A stretch of DNA of 64,000 nucleotides. It comes from a virus (Duplodnaviria > Caudoviricetes). Both the position numbers and the translations under genes were made by a program. Within the stretch, counting starts at the first letter, position 1, and each line of letters begins with the position of its first letter. Positions 37,562-47,352 of this stretch are shown here, piece by piece. The stretch is taken from positions 1 to 64,000 of the IMG/VR virus record IMGVR_UViG_3300009092_000002; one strand, written 5' to 3'. The notes under the pieces are model-generated. The model did no database searches. It saw nothing but the letters and a program-made list of their open reading frames with translations, and was not told where the DNA came from.

Positions 37562-37582
37562 CTTTTCCTCGTTGAGTGCGCG

Positions 37583-38944
37583 CTACCCGAGAAGGGCGTC
37601 CAATTCCCGGCGAAAACTCTGCTCTCCGTTCCAAGGTCCGGTATCTTTTGCTGGAATGAGAGACGTTTTCGGGGCTGGACCGCCACCGCTGGGCGCTCGC
37701 TTGTTTTGAGCAGCCGCAAGGCGCTCGTGCTTAGAGTCGATGTTCACTTTCAGCGACCTGCCTGCCTCAGATGTGATCGCCGGAAGGTGCTTCTGGACGA
37801 TCTGCTGGGCCCTCGATTCGTGCCTACGGACAATTCGCGCCGCAATCTCCTGCCGCTTCTGTTCAGAAGGGGCCATCCGCGCCGACTTGAGCTCGATCAT
37901 CATCAGGCGCTGCCATTCGGCGTCGCCTTTGAGTTCGTTCTGGACAAGGCTATTCAGCCGGTCCTGTATAGCTCCGAAGGTCTCGGAAAGTTGGGCTTTG
38001 TCGTAGTTCGGTTTGATGCCGGCGAGTGAAGTTTCCACTACTTTGTGGACCGCCGATTTGGAGTCTGTGTCTGCTTTTACTCGGAAATCCTGCCATTGCC
38101 GATCGATCGCCGGCTGGGGCGCTGCGGTTCGCGTGGCCTGGTCTTGTCTCGGCTGGGGCGTGGCCCGCTGCTTGGGAGTTACCTGGACGACCTTTCCCTC
38201 ATCGTCGATGTATCGATTGAACAGGCGCTTCTCGATATGCTGCGCCGAGCGAGTCAGGTTTACGTCACCCTCGGCCTTAGCCAGCTCGTAGAGATCCTTG
38301 ATAAGGATGTCTGCCGCGCGACCCTGTAATTCTCGATACGCCGCGGGATGCTTCTCAGCGATCGTGTCGAAGAACGTCGCGGCGAACGGAACCATTGGGT
38401 CCGAAGAGACGTCGCCGTTTGTCAAGGCGTCCTGCGCTTGGCCGAGAAAGTGATCGACGATGCCGCGTGGATTGGCTCCGAGGAAATCAAGGCGCATCTC
38501 CTGGTGGCCCAGAAACGCTTTGTCGCGGATATCGATGGCTTCACGAAGAGCCTCTACCGTAGGTGGCTTGCCGTCTTCCGTCAGGGGAACTAGACGCTGT
38601 TCCATCTCACGGCGAAAATGGTGGCCTTCCTCGAACGTGCGATAGCGCTGTTCGTTGAGACGGAATTCTTTCTTGCCGTCCTTGTCGATGACGCGGACGC
38701 CTTCCGGCAGATCGGGAGCAGCTTCAACTGGTGGCGCTTCCTCTTGGACCGGCGCTTCCTCGGCGACGGCTTCGACCGGAGGGATCTCTTCGACCGTTGA
38801 CTCCTCGACTGTCGTGGCTTCTTCGGTCGCAGCCTCAACGGCTTGCTCGGTGGACTCCTCGACGGCCGGAGTCTCTTCCGCGAATGTCGATTCGAGATCG
38901 GCGGCGAAAGAAGGGTTCTCGCCTACAGCTAATTCATCTGCCAT
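37583..38944 (-). CDS. Capsid scaffolding protein
   Basis: Acidic Glu/Ala N-terminus, helical body, between portal and capsid. Confidence 0.65.
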   Translation of the reverse strand: MADELAVGENPSFAADLESTFAEETPAVEESTEQAVEAATEEATTVEESTVEEIPPVEAVAEEAPVQEEAPPVEAAPDLPEGVRVIDKDGKKEFRLNEQRYRTFEEGHHFRREMEQRLVPLTEDGKPPTVEALREAIDIRDKAFLGHQEMRLDFLGANPRGIVDHFLGQAQDALTNGDVSSDPMVPFAATFFDTIAEKHPAAYRELQGRAADILIKDLYELAKAEGDVNLTRSAQHIEKRLFNRYIDDEGKVVQVTPKQRATPQPRQDQATRTAAPQPAIDRQWQDFRVKADTDSKSAVHKVVETSLAGIKPNYDKAQLSETFGAIQDRLNSLVQNELKGDAEWQRLMMIELKSARMAPSEQKRQEIAARIVRRHESRAQQIVQKHLPAITSEAGRSLKVNIDSKHERLAAAQNKRAPSGGGPAPKTSLIPAKDTGPWNGEQSFRRELDALLG

Positions 38945-38953
38945 GCGTTTTCC

Positions 38954-41173
38954 TTACTGAATTGTTGGTTGGATTGCGATCGATTCTGGATTGATCGGCT
39001 CCGGAGGTAGCGGTTCGGACTGCGCGTCTTTCTTTGGAGGCGCGGAGCCTTTCTCTTCTTCCGGTGGAGGCATCATTGCCATTGCCGCCGCTTGAGCCAT
39101 CTGCCGCGCCTGCCGCGCGCGCGCCTTGACGTTCTCGTACCCGGCGGGGGCCTTTAGTTTTACCTTGTCGCCCTCATCGGAATTCATCCAGCGCTGGGCA
39201 ACGTTGAGGAAGAACGCCGGATCTTCCTCGATATCGTCGATTGGAATCGAAGGCAGCATCACCGGCTGGCCGGTCATCATGTCAATGTCTTGAACCGGCT
39301 CTTCCCTTGCGCATCGGCCGATGATTCTGACCGCTTTCTTGTAGGCGTCTTCCATCGGAGATTTGAATCCGGCGAGCTGTAACAAGTGGAGGAGTTCGCT
39401 AATGTTGATGATGTCGGTCAGCGCCAGAGACTGCATAACCTCCGGGGGAAATTCCTTCAGGAGCCCAAGTAGACGGTCGGCCCGCTCGGTAAACGAGAGC
39501 GCGATCCCCTCGTCAGCCTCACAATGCCAGAGCCCTTCAGTCAGTTCCGACTGATCGACGGTATCGGAGGAGACTCCGAATCCAGTGTCCTGCTGAACCT
39601 TGATTTCGCCGGAACCGTACTTTGCTCGTAGGCGCGTGCCATTTTCGTAAACTTTTTCCCAGAATCGATTGTGGGCGTTTGAGCAAGGCGCAAGCGTCAT
39701 CATCGCCTGGTCCTTGCGCTGCTTGGCTTCGCGATAGGTACTGGTAGGCTGGCCGCCACCCGCTAGTTCCGGTCGAATGCCGGTCACATCCTGCATGGTC
39801 AGGCGCGACAGATTCAGGAACGGAACAAGTTGGTCGCTGAACCGCGCCATCGGGAGTGCTGCGATACCTTTCGAGATGTCGCCATTGTGATTGCCGATGG
39901 TGAACAGGATTTCGTTCGGCGTTGGATCGTTCTCGCCAGCCGCTCGCCGGCTTAGGATGGCTTGATCGACGATGGTCTTCGGAATCGCGCGGAGAATGGT
40001 TTCTACCGCGAGACCCCACATGTCGTTCGTGGCCTTCTGGAACGGAATCGCATCATGGATAATGGGATTCTCCATGATGTATTCGCCGCGGCCGACTTTG
40101 CAGACAGCCCATCCGTCGTTCTTGTTCTCGTCCTCCAGGTTGACCCAAATGTCGTTCACCTTGGTTGCATGGAGACCGTTAGGGAAGTGTTCCTGGAGCA
40201 ACTTGCGCTTACCCTCGTCCTCGACTCCCTCGAAAACTTCATAGTCGAGAAACGTCTGGTCGAACAGCCAATGGCTTTTCTTGTGCGCGTTGCCCGATCC
40301 GCTTGGAAGCGCCGTCGCCTCCTGCGCCTCGACCCCTGCGTTCGTGTTCGCATCGGCGCGACCGCCGCGACCGTCATCGTGACGATGTTCTTTGAGGCGG
40401 TTCCGATAAAGCCCGAGTAACGTGTACTTGTCTTCGAGATACCGATAGCGTAGCCACTTGCAGTCCTCCATTCTTTTCTTGCCGAAGGGAACTTCAACCT
40501 GAAGAATATTGCAGTGGCTCAGTTCGACGTCGCCGTTCTCGTAAGATTCCTCGCCGACCTGCTCGGGGATCATGGCGATCAATCCGTCCGGTTGCATCTG
40601 CGGAACGAGTTCCATTTTGGGAACCTTCGTGACTCCGTACTTGCGACCATTAGTAACGTATCGGGTGTAGCCGAAGCTGGGTCCAGTCACGTACTGGTGA
40701 AAAGATAGGTCAGGCTGAATCTCGTCAGCCTGCCACTTGGCGCGAAGGTCGATCACGCTGATGTCGGCTTTCTTCGAGGCGTCGATGGAGTCCTGGCTAT
40801 CAAGGTCGTCCGCCTCGCACTTAACGTTTGGGGCGCTCTGTCCGGTCACGGCGACGAACTTCCAGCAATCTCCGGCAACGAGGTTTACTGGATAGCAGAA
40901 CTTTTGCTTCGCTCCGTTTTCCTCGGTCGAGCCATCGACGGAAATATAGTCGGCATACGCTTCAGCCCCGTCATCGACCCACGCCGGCGCAAGGAAGTGA
41001 TCCCCTTTTACGAACCGCCAGTTGCGCTTTGCCCGGTTGACGGCAATCCGGCGCTCGGAGGCGTACTCGTCGTTGATGACGCTTGAGACGAGCGTGTCGA
41101 GGTCTGCTCCAAGGTAGGCGATCAACTCGCCTACGGTGTCGCGCCCTTCTTCTTTTGCTGAGGATGGAGACAC
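38954..41173 (-). CDS. Portal protein
   Basis: 739 aa after TerL; P22-like pattern (QDVTGIRPELAGG) with Gln/Pro-rich tail. Confidence 0.8.
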   Translation of the reverse strand: MSPSSAKEEGRDTVGELIAYLGADLDTLVSSVINDEYASERRIAVNRAKRNWRFVKGDHFLAPAWVDDGAEAYADYISVDGSTEENGAKQKFCYPVNLVAGDCWKFVAVTGQSAPNVKCEADDLDSQDSIDASKKADISVIDLRAKWQADEIQPDLSFHQYVTGPSFGYTRYVTNGRKYGVTKVPKMELVPQMQPDGLIAMIPEQVGEESYENGDVELSHCNILQVEVPFGKKRMEDCKWLRYRYLEDKYTLLGLYRNRLKEHRHDDGRGGRADANTNAGVEAQEATALPSGSGNAHKKSHWLFDQTFLDYEVFEGVEDEGKRKLLQEHFPNGLHATKVNDIWVNLEDENKNDGWAVCKVGRGEYIMENPIIHDAIPFQKATNDMWGLAVETILRAIPKTIVDQAILSRRAAGENDPTPNEILFTIGNHNGDISKGIAALPMARFSDQLVPFLNLSRLTMQDVTGIRPELAGGGQPTSTYREAKQRKDQAMMTLAPCSNAHNRFWEKVYENGTRLRAKYGSGEIKVQQDTGFGVSSDTVDQSELTEGLWHCEADEGIALSFTERADRLLGLLKEFPPEVMQSLALTDIINISELLHLLQLAGFKSPMEDAYKKAVRIIGRCAREEPVQDIDMMTGQPVMLPSIPIDDIEEDPAFFLNVAQRWMNSDEGDKVKLKAPAGYENVKARARQARQMAQAAAMAMMPPPEEEKGSAPPKKDAQSEPLPPEPINPESIAIQPTIQ

Positions 41174-41202
41174 TAATTATCCATTAGGTTAAACTGAAAG
41201 AG

Positions 41203-41409
41203 GTGCCAAGCGAAGATCCACAGACGCCATACGAGAAGATGATTGAGCGCATAAACATGGACTGCAGCATGTATGCCTGCTGGAAGCCGATCCGTGGATT
41301 TGTCGCAGTTGATGCTCCGGGCTGTGGCCGTGGGGATGATGGCGAACTCGGACTCTGCGAGGAGCACGCAATCACTCGTGGGATTCCCGTTAGATGGTTG
41401 GAATCTTGA
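41203..41409 (+). CDS. Small antisense ORF, DUF4406-like C-terminal fragment
   Basis: ELGLCEEHAITRGIPVRWL; TAAACT -10 7 nt upstream of GTG. Confidence 0.4.
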   Translation: MPSEDPQTPYEKMIERINMDCSMYACWKPIRGFVAVDAPGCGRGDDGELGLCEEHAITRGIPVRWLES

Positions 41410-41422
41410 TGTCCAAGTACCA

Positions 41423-41797
41423 CTAAGAAGCTTCTTTAAGTCCGAACCGGATCAGCGTTTCTTCGCGGAATCTGTCGTGCTGCGCGATTACCAGTTGGCT
41501 ACCCTGCGAGCGCTCGCCGCGCTGGGGAGTATCGTCTGGTTCGTGGACCATACGAGGGGGCAGGTGTGGCGAGTCAGGGAAAGGCGCTGGACGACCAAAG
41601 CCCTGCCACTCCACATTTTTATCCATCTCGAAATAGGTGGTCAGCTTTTGGAGTAGATGCCGGTTATCTTCGCGGAGGCGCTCGCGGTCCTGGTCGGCGC
41701 GCTCCAGGCGGTCCTGCAGAATGGCCTGCTCGCGCTCGCCGCGTTCAAGTTGTGCGAGCAGCGAATGGTTGAAAAAGCGGAGAAGCCGAAGGATCAC
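41423..41797 (-). CDS. Coiled-coil hypothetical protein
   Basis: Likely GTG start at 41797 overlapping upstream stop. Confidence 0.55.
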   Translation of the reverse strand: MILRLLRFFNHSLLAQLERGEREQAILQDRLERADQDRERLREDNRHLLQKLTTYFEMDKNVEWQGFGRPAPFPDSPHLPPRMVHEPDDTPQRGERSQGSQLVIAQHDRFREETLIRFGLKEAS

Positions 41798-42156
41798 GCC
41801 GGATATTCCTCTTCCTGCCCGCCTTCGGCGACTTCCTCGGTCGGGCCTTCCCGTTCGCCACCGACAGCAAAAGCCTGGCAACCTCCATCTGGAACCACGG
41901 GCGTGGTCGGGTCCAGATCGCACGCCGCGTTGCCGTCGAAGTGCGAACAACCCTGGCATTGCATCTCCGGGCCGCGGTAGCCGAGCATTTGCAGGGTAAC
42001 TCCGTTGCCAGCGGGCATCTCTGGTTCCGGCTCCGGCGGTGGCGCTTCAACTGGTGGTTTGGCTTGGCGCGGAGGCGCGGGTCGTCCTTCAATCGGGCCA
42101 ACCGGGCCAGGTCCCATCATCGGAGGCTTCTTTTTCTGAAATGGTGATGCGGTCAT
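41794..42156 (-). CDS. Pro-rich protein with four-Cys HiPIP-like motif
   Basis: CQGCSHFDGNAACDLDPTTPVVPDGGCQAF. Confidence 0.6.
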   Translation of the reverse strand: MTASPFQKKKPPMMGPGPVGPIEGRPAPPRQAKPPVEAPPPEPEPEMPAGNGVTLQMLGYRGPEMQCQGCSHFDGNAACDLDPTTPVVPDGGCQAFAVGGEREGPTEEVAEGGQEEEYPA

Positions 42157-42157
42157 A

Positions 42158-44098
42158 TCAATTCATCCTGTGGCGGCTACTTCCGGCGCGAGCGAACGTC
42201 ATCCCGCCTTCGCTGTTTCCGTACTCTCGGTCGTACCTCGCTGACTGAGTGGCGTAGATCATCCGAAGCGCGTTAGGATCGTCCGTCTGCTGTCGATATT
42301 CCGCCATCTGCTCGTCAACCCAGTAAGCCTTCGGCATCTCAACCTGAATATCCCGCGCGGCCATGAATCCGTAGCGCACGCCGTCGTAAGTATCGTCGCC
42401 ATCCTGCCCGTCATCGGCGTCCACTTTTAACACGTCCTCTTGCTTCGGTGGCTTGGCGTGCTGCAGCATCGGCATACAGCGGATTACGCGCGGGCAGCCG
42501 GGTCCGCCTTCGTGTTGGCGCTGGTGAAACTGCACACGGGGCAGAATTTCCGTTTTTTGCTTCTTGAAACGCCCTAGGTAGTCGGTGTACGCGAGCATTC
42601 CCTTCTCTTCGTACAGCCGCTTGGCGTATTCAAGGTCGGGAACCGCCGCCACTTCCCCCGGCCGCCAACGCAGCAAGTCCCGGATGAACGCCGCCCCCGC
42701 TTTCCGGTCGTGATTCGCCCGCTTCAGAGTGATGCAAGCGCTCCCCGTCTCGTCGGCGCGCCGCTGAGCGAACATGTACTCAGCCGCACTAGGATTTTCC
42801 TTCGCAAGCGCCCGCTCTTCTTCCGTTTTCTTCATCAAAAACGAGGAACCGGGCCCGAGAATCGACAGAATTCCGGCCTGAACCTGCTGCGCGAGGGAAT
42901 TCCGCGCGTCGCGGTCGTCGAAGGCGTCCGGCGACATGTGAATTGTGATCTGCTTGTCAGGCAAAAGATCCAGATCCGGCGCCCACCACCGCGCCAAGCG
43001 CTGCCCTAGTTCGTAAGACCCGACGCCCTGCACGTCGAGCTCGTCATAGACGTGAATCCGGCCATCCTGCTGGCTCAGGCAGAATTTATAGAACGAAGCA
43101 TGGTGCTTGTAGCCCCAGTCCCCACCTCCCCAGCGAAACCACCATGGCTTGAGTGGTATTGGACGAATGACATGATTCGCCCAAACAGGCTCCCCATCCC
43201 GCGCGCCACCCGCCGAGAGTTGATTGCGCCACTCGCGGAAGAACGTCCCCGCCATCGAGTGCCAGAGACCATGAATCCAGGCGTCCTGTGTCTGCTTGTC
43301 CTGTGACAGCAGCATGCCCATGTAGTTCGGATCGTTCTTCGAGTAGGGATTGTCGGCAACCTTGGCCGGCATGAAGATGCGAGACAGTCCCGTGATCGGG
43401 TCTTTCATCCGCTGACCCCACGGATTCATCCCACCGCCAATAATCGGCACCTCCACAAAGCGATTACACACCCACGCCGAGCCGTCGCCGTCCGGGTTGG
43501 TTGTCGAGAAAATCTGGGGCCGCGCCTTCCCGCCAGAATTGAAGGCGCGCAAGCTGGCAAGCAACTTGAGATAGCCACCAAGCTTGGGGATCAGCGTCAA
43601 TTCTTCGATGAGAATCTTCCAAATGTTCCAGCCCTTATACTTCTCGAACGCATCGTCGCTCTCCAGATGGTTCGTATAGATGCGGGCTTTCGATTTGAAC
43701 TCGATAATGGTCGGGTTGCCGGAGCATTTCGCGCCAAGTGGCCCGAATATCCGCTTTGCCTCTTCAACCCATTCCTTCAGATCCGCCGCGTTGCGTCTCA
43801 GGACGAGTGCTGTGTAGTTCGGATCGTTAATATAGGTCGAGTACAGGGGCTCGCTCGGATCGAGGTCGAAATTACCCAGCAGTAGCCAGATAATCCCGGC
43901 GATCGTCTTGCCGCCGCCGCGTGCCCCGCCATACAGCACCTCCGTCTCGTTCCGCCAGAGCACCTCGTTCTGGGGCCCCTCGTTCGCCTGGAACAGCACC
44001 CTGCCGTCCGGGTACTGGAGTTTCAGCAGCGGGCGCGGCGGACGCGCCCGCAAAGCTGGGCCTGGGTTCGGGATGTCGGTTTCGGCGGGGGCCGTCAT
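42158..44098 (-). CDS. terL: Terminase large subunit
   Basis: Walker A YGGARGGGKT, ILIEEL Walker B, STTNP motif III, DNPY, C-terminal RNaseH-like GGDWG ... DDTYDGVRY. Confidence 0.92.
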   Translation of the reverse strand: MTAPAETDIPNPGPALRARPPRPLLKLQYPDGRVLFQANEGPQNEVLWRNETEVLYGGARGGGKTIAGIIWLLLGNFDLDPSEPLYSTYINDPNYTALVLRRNAADLKEWVEEAKRIFGPLGAKCSGNPTIIEFKSKARIYTNHLESDDAFEKYKGWNIWKILIEELTLIPKLGGYLKLLASLRAFNSGGKARPQIFSTTNPDGDGSAWVCNRFVEVPIIGGGMNPWGQRMKDPITGLSRIFMPAKVADNPYSKNDPNYMGMLLSQDKQTQDAWIHGLWHSMAGTFFREWRNQLSAGGARDGEPVWANHVIRPIPLKPWWFRWGGGDWGYKHHASFYKFCLSQQDGRIHVYDELDVQGVGSYELGQRLARWWAPDLDLLPDKQITIHMSPDAFDDRDARNSLAQQVQAGILSILGPGSSFLMKKTEEERALAKENPSAAEYMFAQRRADETGSACITLKRANHDRKAGAAFIRDLLRWRPGEVAAVPDLEYAKRLYEEKGMLAYTDYLGRFKKQKTEILPRVQFHQRQHEGGPGCPRVIRCMPMLQHAKPPKQEDVLKVDADDGQDGDDTYDGVRYGFMAARDIQVEMPKAYWVDEQMAEYRQQTDDPNALRMIYATQSARYDREYGNSEGGMTFARAGSSRHRMN

Positions 44099-44635
44099 CT
44101 ACGGCTTTGGCTTGGGATGAGTCGCTACGGCCGGATGCGCCGGGACTGGCGCAGGGACTACATTGGTGAATCCATCCGCCCTGGCGTCAGACTCTTCAAC
44201 GGCATTGTGCACGAGCCGGTCGGGACGACTGCTCTTCGGATCGGAAAGTAACTTCGGATATCCAGGAACCGATGCGCCGATGACTGGCTTTGATTCCGCA
44301 GCCTTTACCTTGAACGTCTCGGGCTTTTTCGGGTCCGTGGATAATATCGGGTCCGGAGTCGTCTGTGTACTGGCCGGAGCGTCGATCCTATCCAGCATCT
44401 CGCGCGTCTTGATCTCCGCCAATGTCTCGTGTGGGCGAGCCGTCAGTTCAACCTTCTGCTCGTCGGTCAGATTCTCGTAACGAAGCTCGGAACCAACCCC
44501 GAGCCCCAGTTCCGCATCGATCAGCGCATAAGCTTCTTCCGCTTTTCGCTTCCTGTCGATCAGGCTTCCCGTTACCCTTGCTTCCTCGGAAAGCTGATAG
44601 ATGATGTACCGCAACCGCAGAAATTTCTCTTTCAT
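44099..44635 (-). CDS. Hypothetical protein
   Basis: Coupled directly to terL. Confidence 0.6.
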   Translation of the reverse strand: MKEKFLRLRYIIYQLSEEARVTGSLIDRKRKAEEAYALIDAELGLGVGSELRYENLTDEQKVELTARPHETLAEIKTREMLDRIDAPASTQTTPDPILSTDPKKPETFKVKAAESKPVIGASVPGYPKLLSDPKSSRPDRLVHNAVEESDARADGFTNVVPAPVPAHPAVATHPKPKP

Positions 44636-44928
44636 CGCTTTTTCGCCTCTCTAGTCGTCTGAACCAACTTGTAATCGCGCCCCCGCAACATCTGCGTCAG
44701 CGCCGCAGGATCGTACCCAAAATTTTCAGCGCCGCAGGGGCATTTGTTCTCCGGCGTCTCGACGTACGGCTCCGTTGAAGTCTTCTTGCCGCACGCCTGA
44801 CAGATGATGTCGATGGTCATGCCGATAACTGTTCCCCGTGAAACCTTATAACCGCCGCCGCAGAGTTCAACCAACACTCCCGGAACGGCAACTCCGGCCG
44901 CACGATTAACTTCGGTCGCGCCGGGCAC
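44632..44928 (-). CDS. Zinc-ribbon protein
   Basis: CQACG ... CPCG. Confidence 0.55.
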   Translation of the reverse strand: MPGATEVNRAAGVAVPGVLVELCGGGYKVSRGTVIGMTIDIICQACGKKTSTEPYVETPENKCPCGAENFGYDPAALTQMLRGRDYKLVQTTREAKKR

Positions 44929-45292
44929 AGGTAGCGAACACGATGCTTCGTCCCATGCGCCTCGTAACCGCGATCCAGGTAGCCCTGAACGTCGGCAATA
45001 CCAAGTGTCGCGACCTTAGCCCCCGCTACGTCGCGTAAATAAATGCTTTTGCGCGTGCGTCCAAGCGCAACGGTGATTACAGAGTGATCGAGTGCGGCCA
45101 TAGTGGCGTAGTTGTGGCGGAAAGTAAAGCGTGGGCTTATGGTTTACGCCTCAAGCTCGGCGATTTTGTACACCAAACCCTCGATTGCCGTCGAGAACCT
45201 GTGTATCTTGCTCACAGCGTACAGGTAAACCTAAGTTTTGTCAAACATTTCTGGCGATCTACGGTTTGGGGGAGTATAATTGGGGCGAGAAT

Positions 45293-45901
45293 ATGAGCAT
45301 CACTCGGAGAGGCTGGCTTAAGAGTTTGGCGGTAGCGCCAGTAATTGGCACCGCAATAGCTTCGCTTCTGGAATCTAGGGCGGATGAAAAATGGCGACCG
45401 CGCGATACGAGCCCGCTGCATCCAGACAGCCTCTTCCGCCGACAGCATCTCGCTATCGCGTCAGAATGGCCACTGGTTCTCATCACCGGCGCCCGCGGCA
45501 CTGGTAAGTCGTGGGTTCTGCAGCGTATTGCGGAGAAGGAGCAGCGCCGTTTTCGCCAGGTCGGAGTGGCGAGCGGATTACTTCACATGGAACCGTGGTC
45601 TTGCGAACTAGATCCGACCGGCCCCCTGCTAAGCGCCATCAACCCTGGCCCTGATTTGCGCATTGGCTTCCCAAGTCCTGAAGTTTTGCTGGTGGACAAT
45701 GCCGAGAACTTTCCCGAGAATGAATTCGGGGATCTCATGTATGCAACCCGCCGCGCGTGTCGCAGCTGGTCTGACATTCCTCGCCGGATTGTTGTTGCAT
45801 CCGCGCCCTGCGTTCGCACCCGCGAGATTCTGATTGAATCAGGCATATTCGAAGTCCACCATCTCGGCTCAATGTGGGACAACCCGTACCTGCGCACATG
45901 A
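45293..45901 (+). CDS. P-loop ATPase resembling a terminase ATPase domain, with Tat-like N-terminus
   Basis: MSITRRGWLKSLAVAP; ITGARGTGKS; LLVDNAE; VVASAP; SMWDNPYL; TATAAT 12 nt upstream. Confidence 0.6.
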   Translation: MSITRRGWLKSLAVAPVIGTAIASLLESRADEKWRPRDTSPLHPDSLFRRQHLAIASEWPLVLITGARGTGKSWVLQRIAEKEQRRFRQVGVASGLLHMEPWSCELDPTGPLLSAINPGPDLRIGFPSPEVLLVDNAENFPENEFGDLMYATRRACRSWSDIPRRIVVASAPCVRTREILIESGIFEVHHLGSMWDNPYLRT

Positions 45902-46332
45902 GTCTCCTCCACCGCCTCTTCGGCTCCACGTCCGACGCTACTGTGCTCTGCGGGCGCTGTGAGCGCGCCCTCGACGGGCACGACGCCAAGGCCTGCGAAC
46001 GCCGCATGTCCCGGCGCTTCTTCTTTGGGGTGTGCGCAGGGGCGGGGGTTGCGGCGGCCACGATACCGGAGGCCGTCAAATACATCGAGTTTGCGAACGG
46101 TGGGAAGATCGCCGTTGGAACGACAAACCCCTTCAAAGACCAATTTGAGCAGGCGTATCGGGAACTATCAGCGGAGATGAATATCCATTTTTGGAAGCAC
46201 CACGCCAACGTCGCGCATTGGCAGGGACGTATTCCAATCCGCATCGACCCCGCCATGCCGCCGACTGAGATCGCTATCGAACAACGTGGCGTCGAGGTGT
46301 CGCGCATCGTGAACCTGGAGCGACGGGGATGA
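45898..46332 (+). CDS. Hypothetical protein with internal twin-arginine-like motif
   Basis: SRRFFFGVCAGAGVAAA; ATGA-coupled. Confidence 0.55.
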   Translation: MSLLHRLFGSTSDATVLCGRCERALDGHDAKACERRMSRRFFFGVCAGAGVAAATIPEAVKYIEFANGGKIAVGTTNPFKDQFEQAYRELSAEMNIHFWKHHANVAHWQGRIPIRIDPAMPPTEIAIEQRGVEVSRIVNLERRG

Positions 46333-46535
46333 CCCTCTACATCTCCAAGATCGACTACGAGGCCAAGACGGTCACGCTGGATACGAAGCCACCACAAAAT
46401 CAGCACGTCAATCTACAACCACCGAATTATCAGCTAGACGATTTCTTACTAGGAGGCTCCACCCTTCGCCGCGGCGTCGCGCTTTGCGTAGATTGCCCGG
46501 ATGGGCCGGCGTATTGCCCGTGGCCGAGGGAGTAG
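46329..46535 (+). CDS. Hypothetical protein
   Basis: Coupled ORF. Confidence 0.45.
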   Translation: MTLYISKIDYEAKTVTLDTKPPQNQHVNLQPPNYQLDDFLLGGSTLRRGVALCVDCPDGPAYCPWPRE

Positions 46536-46538
46536 ATT

Positions 46539-46871
46539 ATGAAACTCGATAATAAGACTCGCGACCGAATCCTGGAAATCGTCGCCGTTACAGCTCTTGC
46601 CGATGAGGAAATGATGCTCGGCATCCCGCAGACGGCCGATAGCGTCCGGGGTCTACGGGGGCGCGCGATTCGACGCTACCACGGTCCAATGCTTCCATCC
46701 GAGGCGTTCGGTATTGGCCAAGTTTTTGCCGACTACCGTTTCACCGCGCGAGTGAAGCGCACCGCTTACATGATATTTGAAGCGATCGAATGCAATGAAG
46801 ATGCTGATGCTCAACTACAGGCTTGGCGGGAATTATTTGAAACCGCGCTCGGTTACGTAGGTCCACGATGA
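46539..46871 (+). CDS. Hypothetical protein
   Basis: Coupled ORF. Confidence 0.6.
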   Translation: MKLDNKTRDRILEIVAVTALADEEMMLGIPQTADSVRGLRGRAIRRYHGPMLPSEAFGIGQVFADYRFTARVKRTAYMIFEAIECNEDADAQLQAWRELFETALGYVGPR

Positions 46872-47269
46872 CCAAATCCGACGCCCAGATCGCGGCTGAG
46901 TTCGACGCCATCGAGGTGTCTCGCATAATCTCACGACTCAAGCTCTGCGGATGCGGCCAACCAGAGATCCCGTTGCGCGTCATCCGCGAAGCGCTTGAGG
47001 TTTTGTGGACCCCACAAGTTAATGAGCCAGGTTTTCACGAAGCACATGAGGGCCGATGGTCCCGTATCGAAACATGGATGGGACCGGAACCTCAAAGTAA
47101 TCTGGCCTGGTTCGTTTTTTACGTGCTCGACACCTGGAAATTGACCGATCACGGCGGAAGCTTGCCAGGGTGGCTCACTGACGACGGTCGCAAGTTGCTG
47201 AAGTTCCTGCAAGACACCGACTGCAGCCGTGAGAAATGGGACGATGCGCCGGGGTTTGACCCAGAATAA
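46868..47269 (+). CDS. Hypothetical protein
   Basis: ATGA-coupled ORF. Confidence 0.6.
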   Translation: MTKSDAQIAAEFDAIEVSRIISRLKLCGCGQPEIPLRVIREALEVLWTPQVNEPGFHEAHEGRWSRIETWMGPEPQSNLAWFVFYVLDTWKLTDHGGSLPGWLTDDGRKLLKFLQDTDCSREKWDDAPGFDPE

Positions 47270-47352
47270 TCCACCCCACCGACCACCCGCCGGATGGGAC
47301 CCTAGGCTACATCCCTACCGAATAATCATTTTTCGGTACCGAATAAATACCC

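Noticed and set aside
44817-45101. 94-aa minus-strand ORF as a confident gene
   Set aside because: Overlaps 44632..44928 by more than 100 nt and has no recognisable motif; left unannotated
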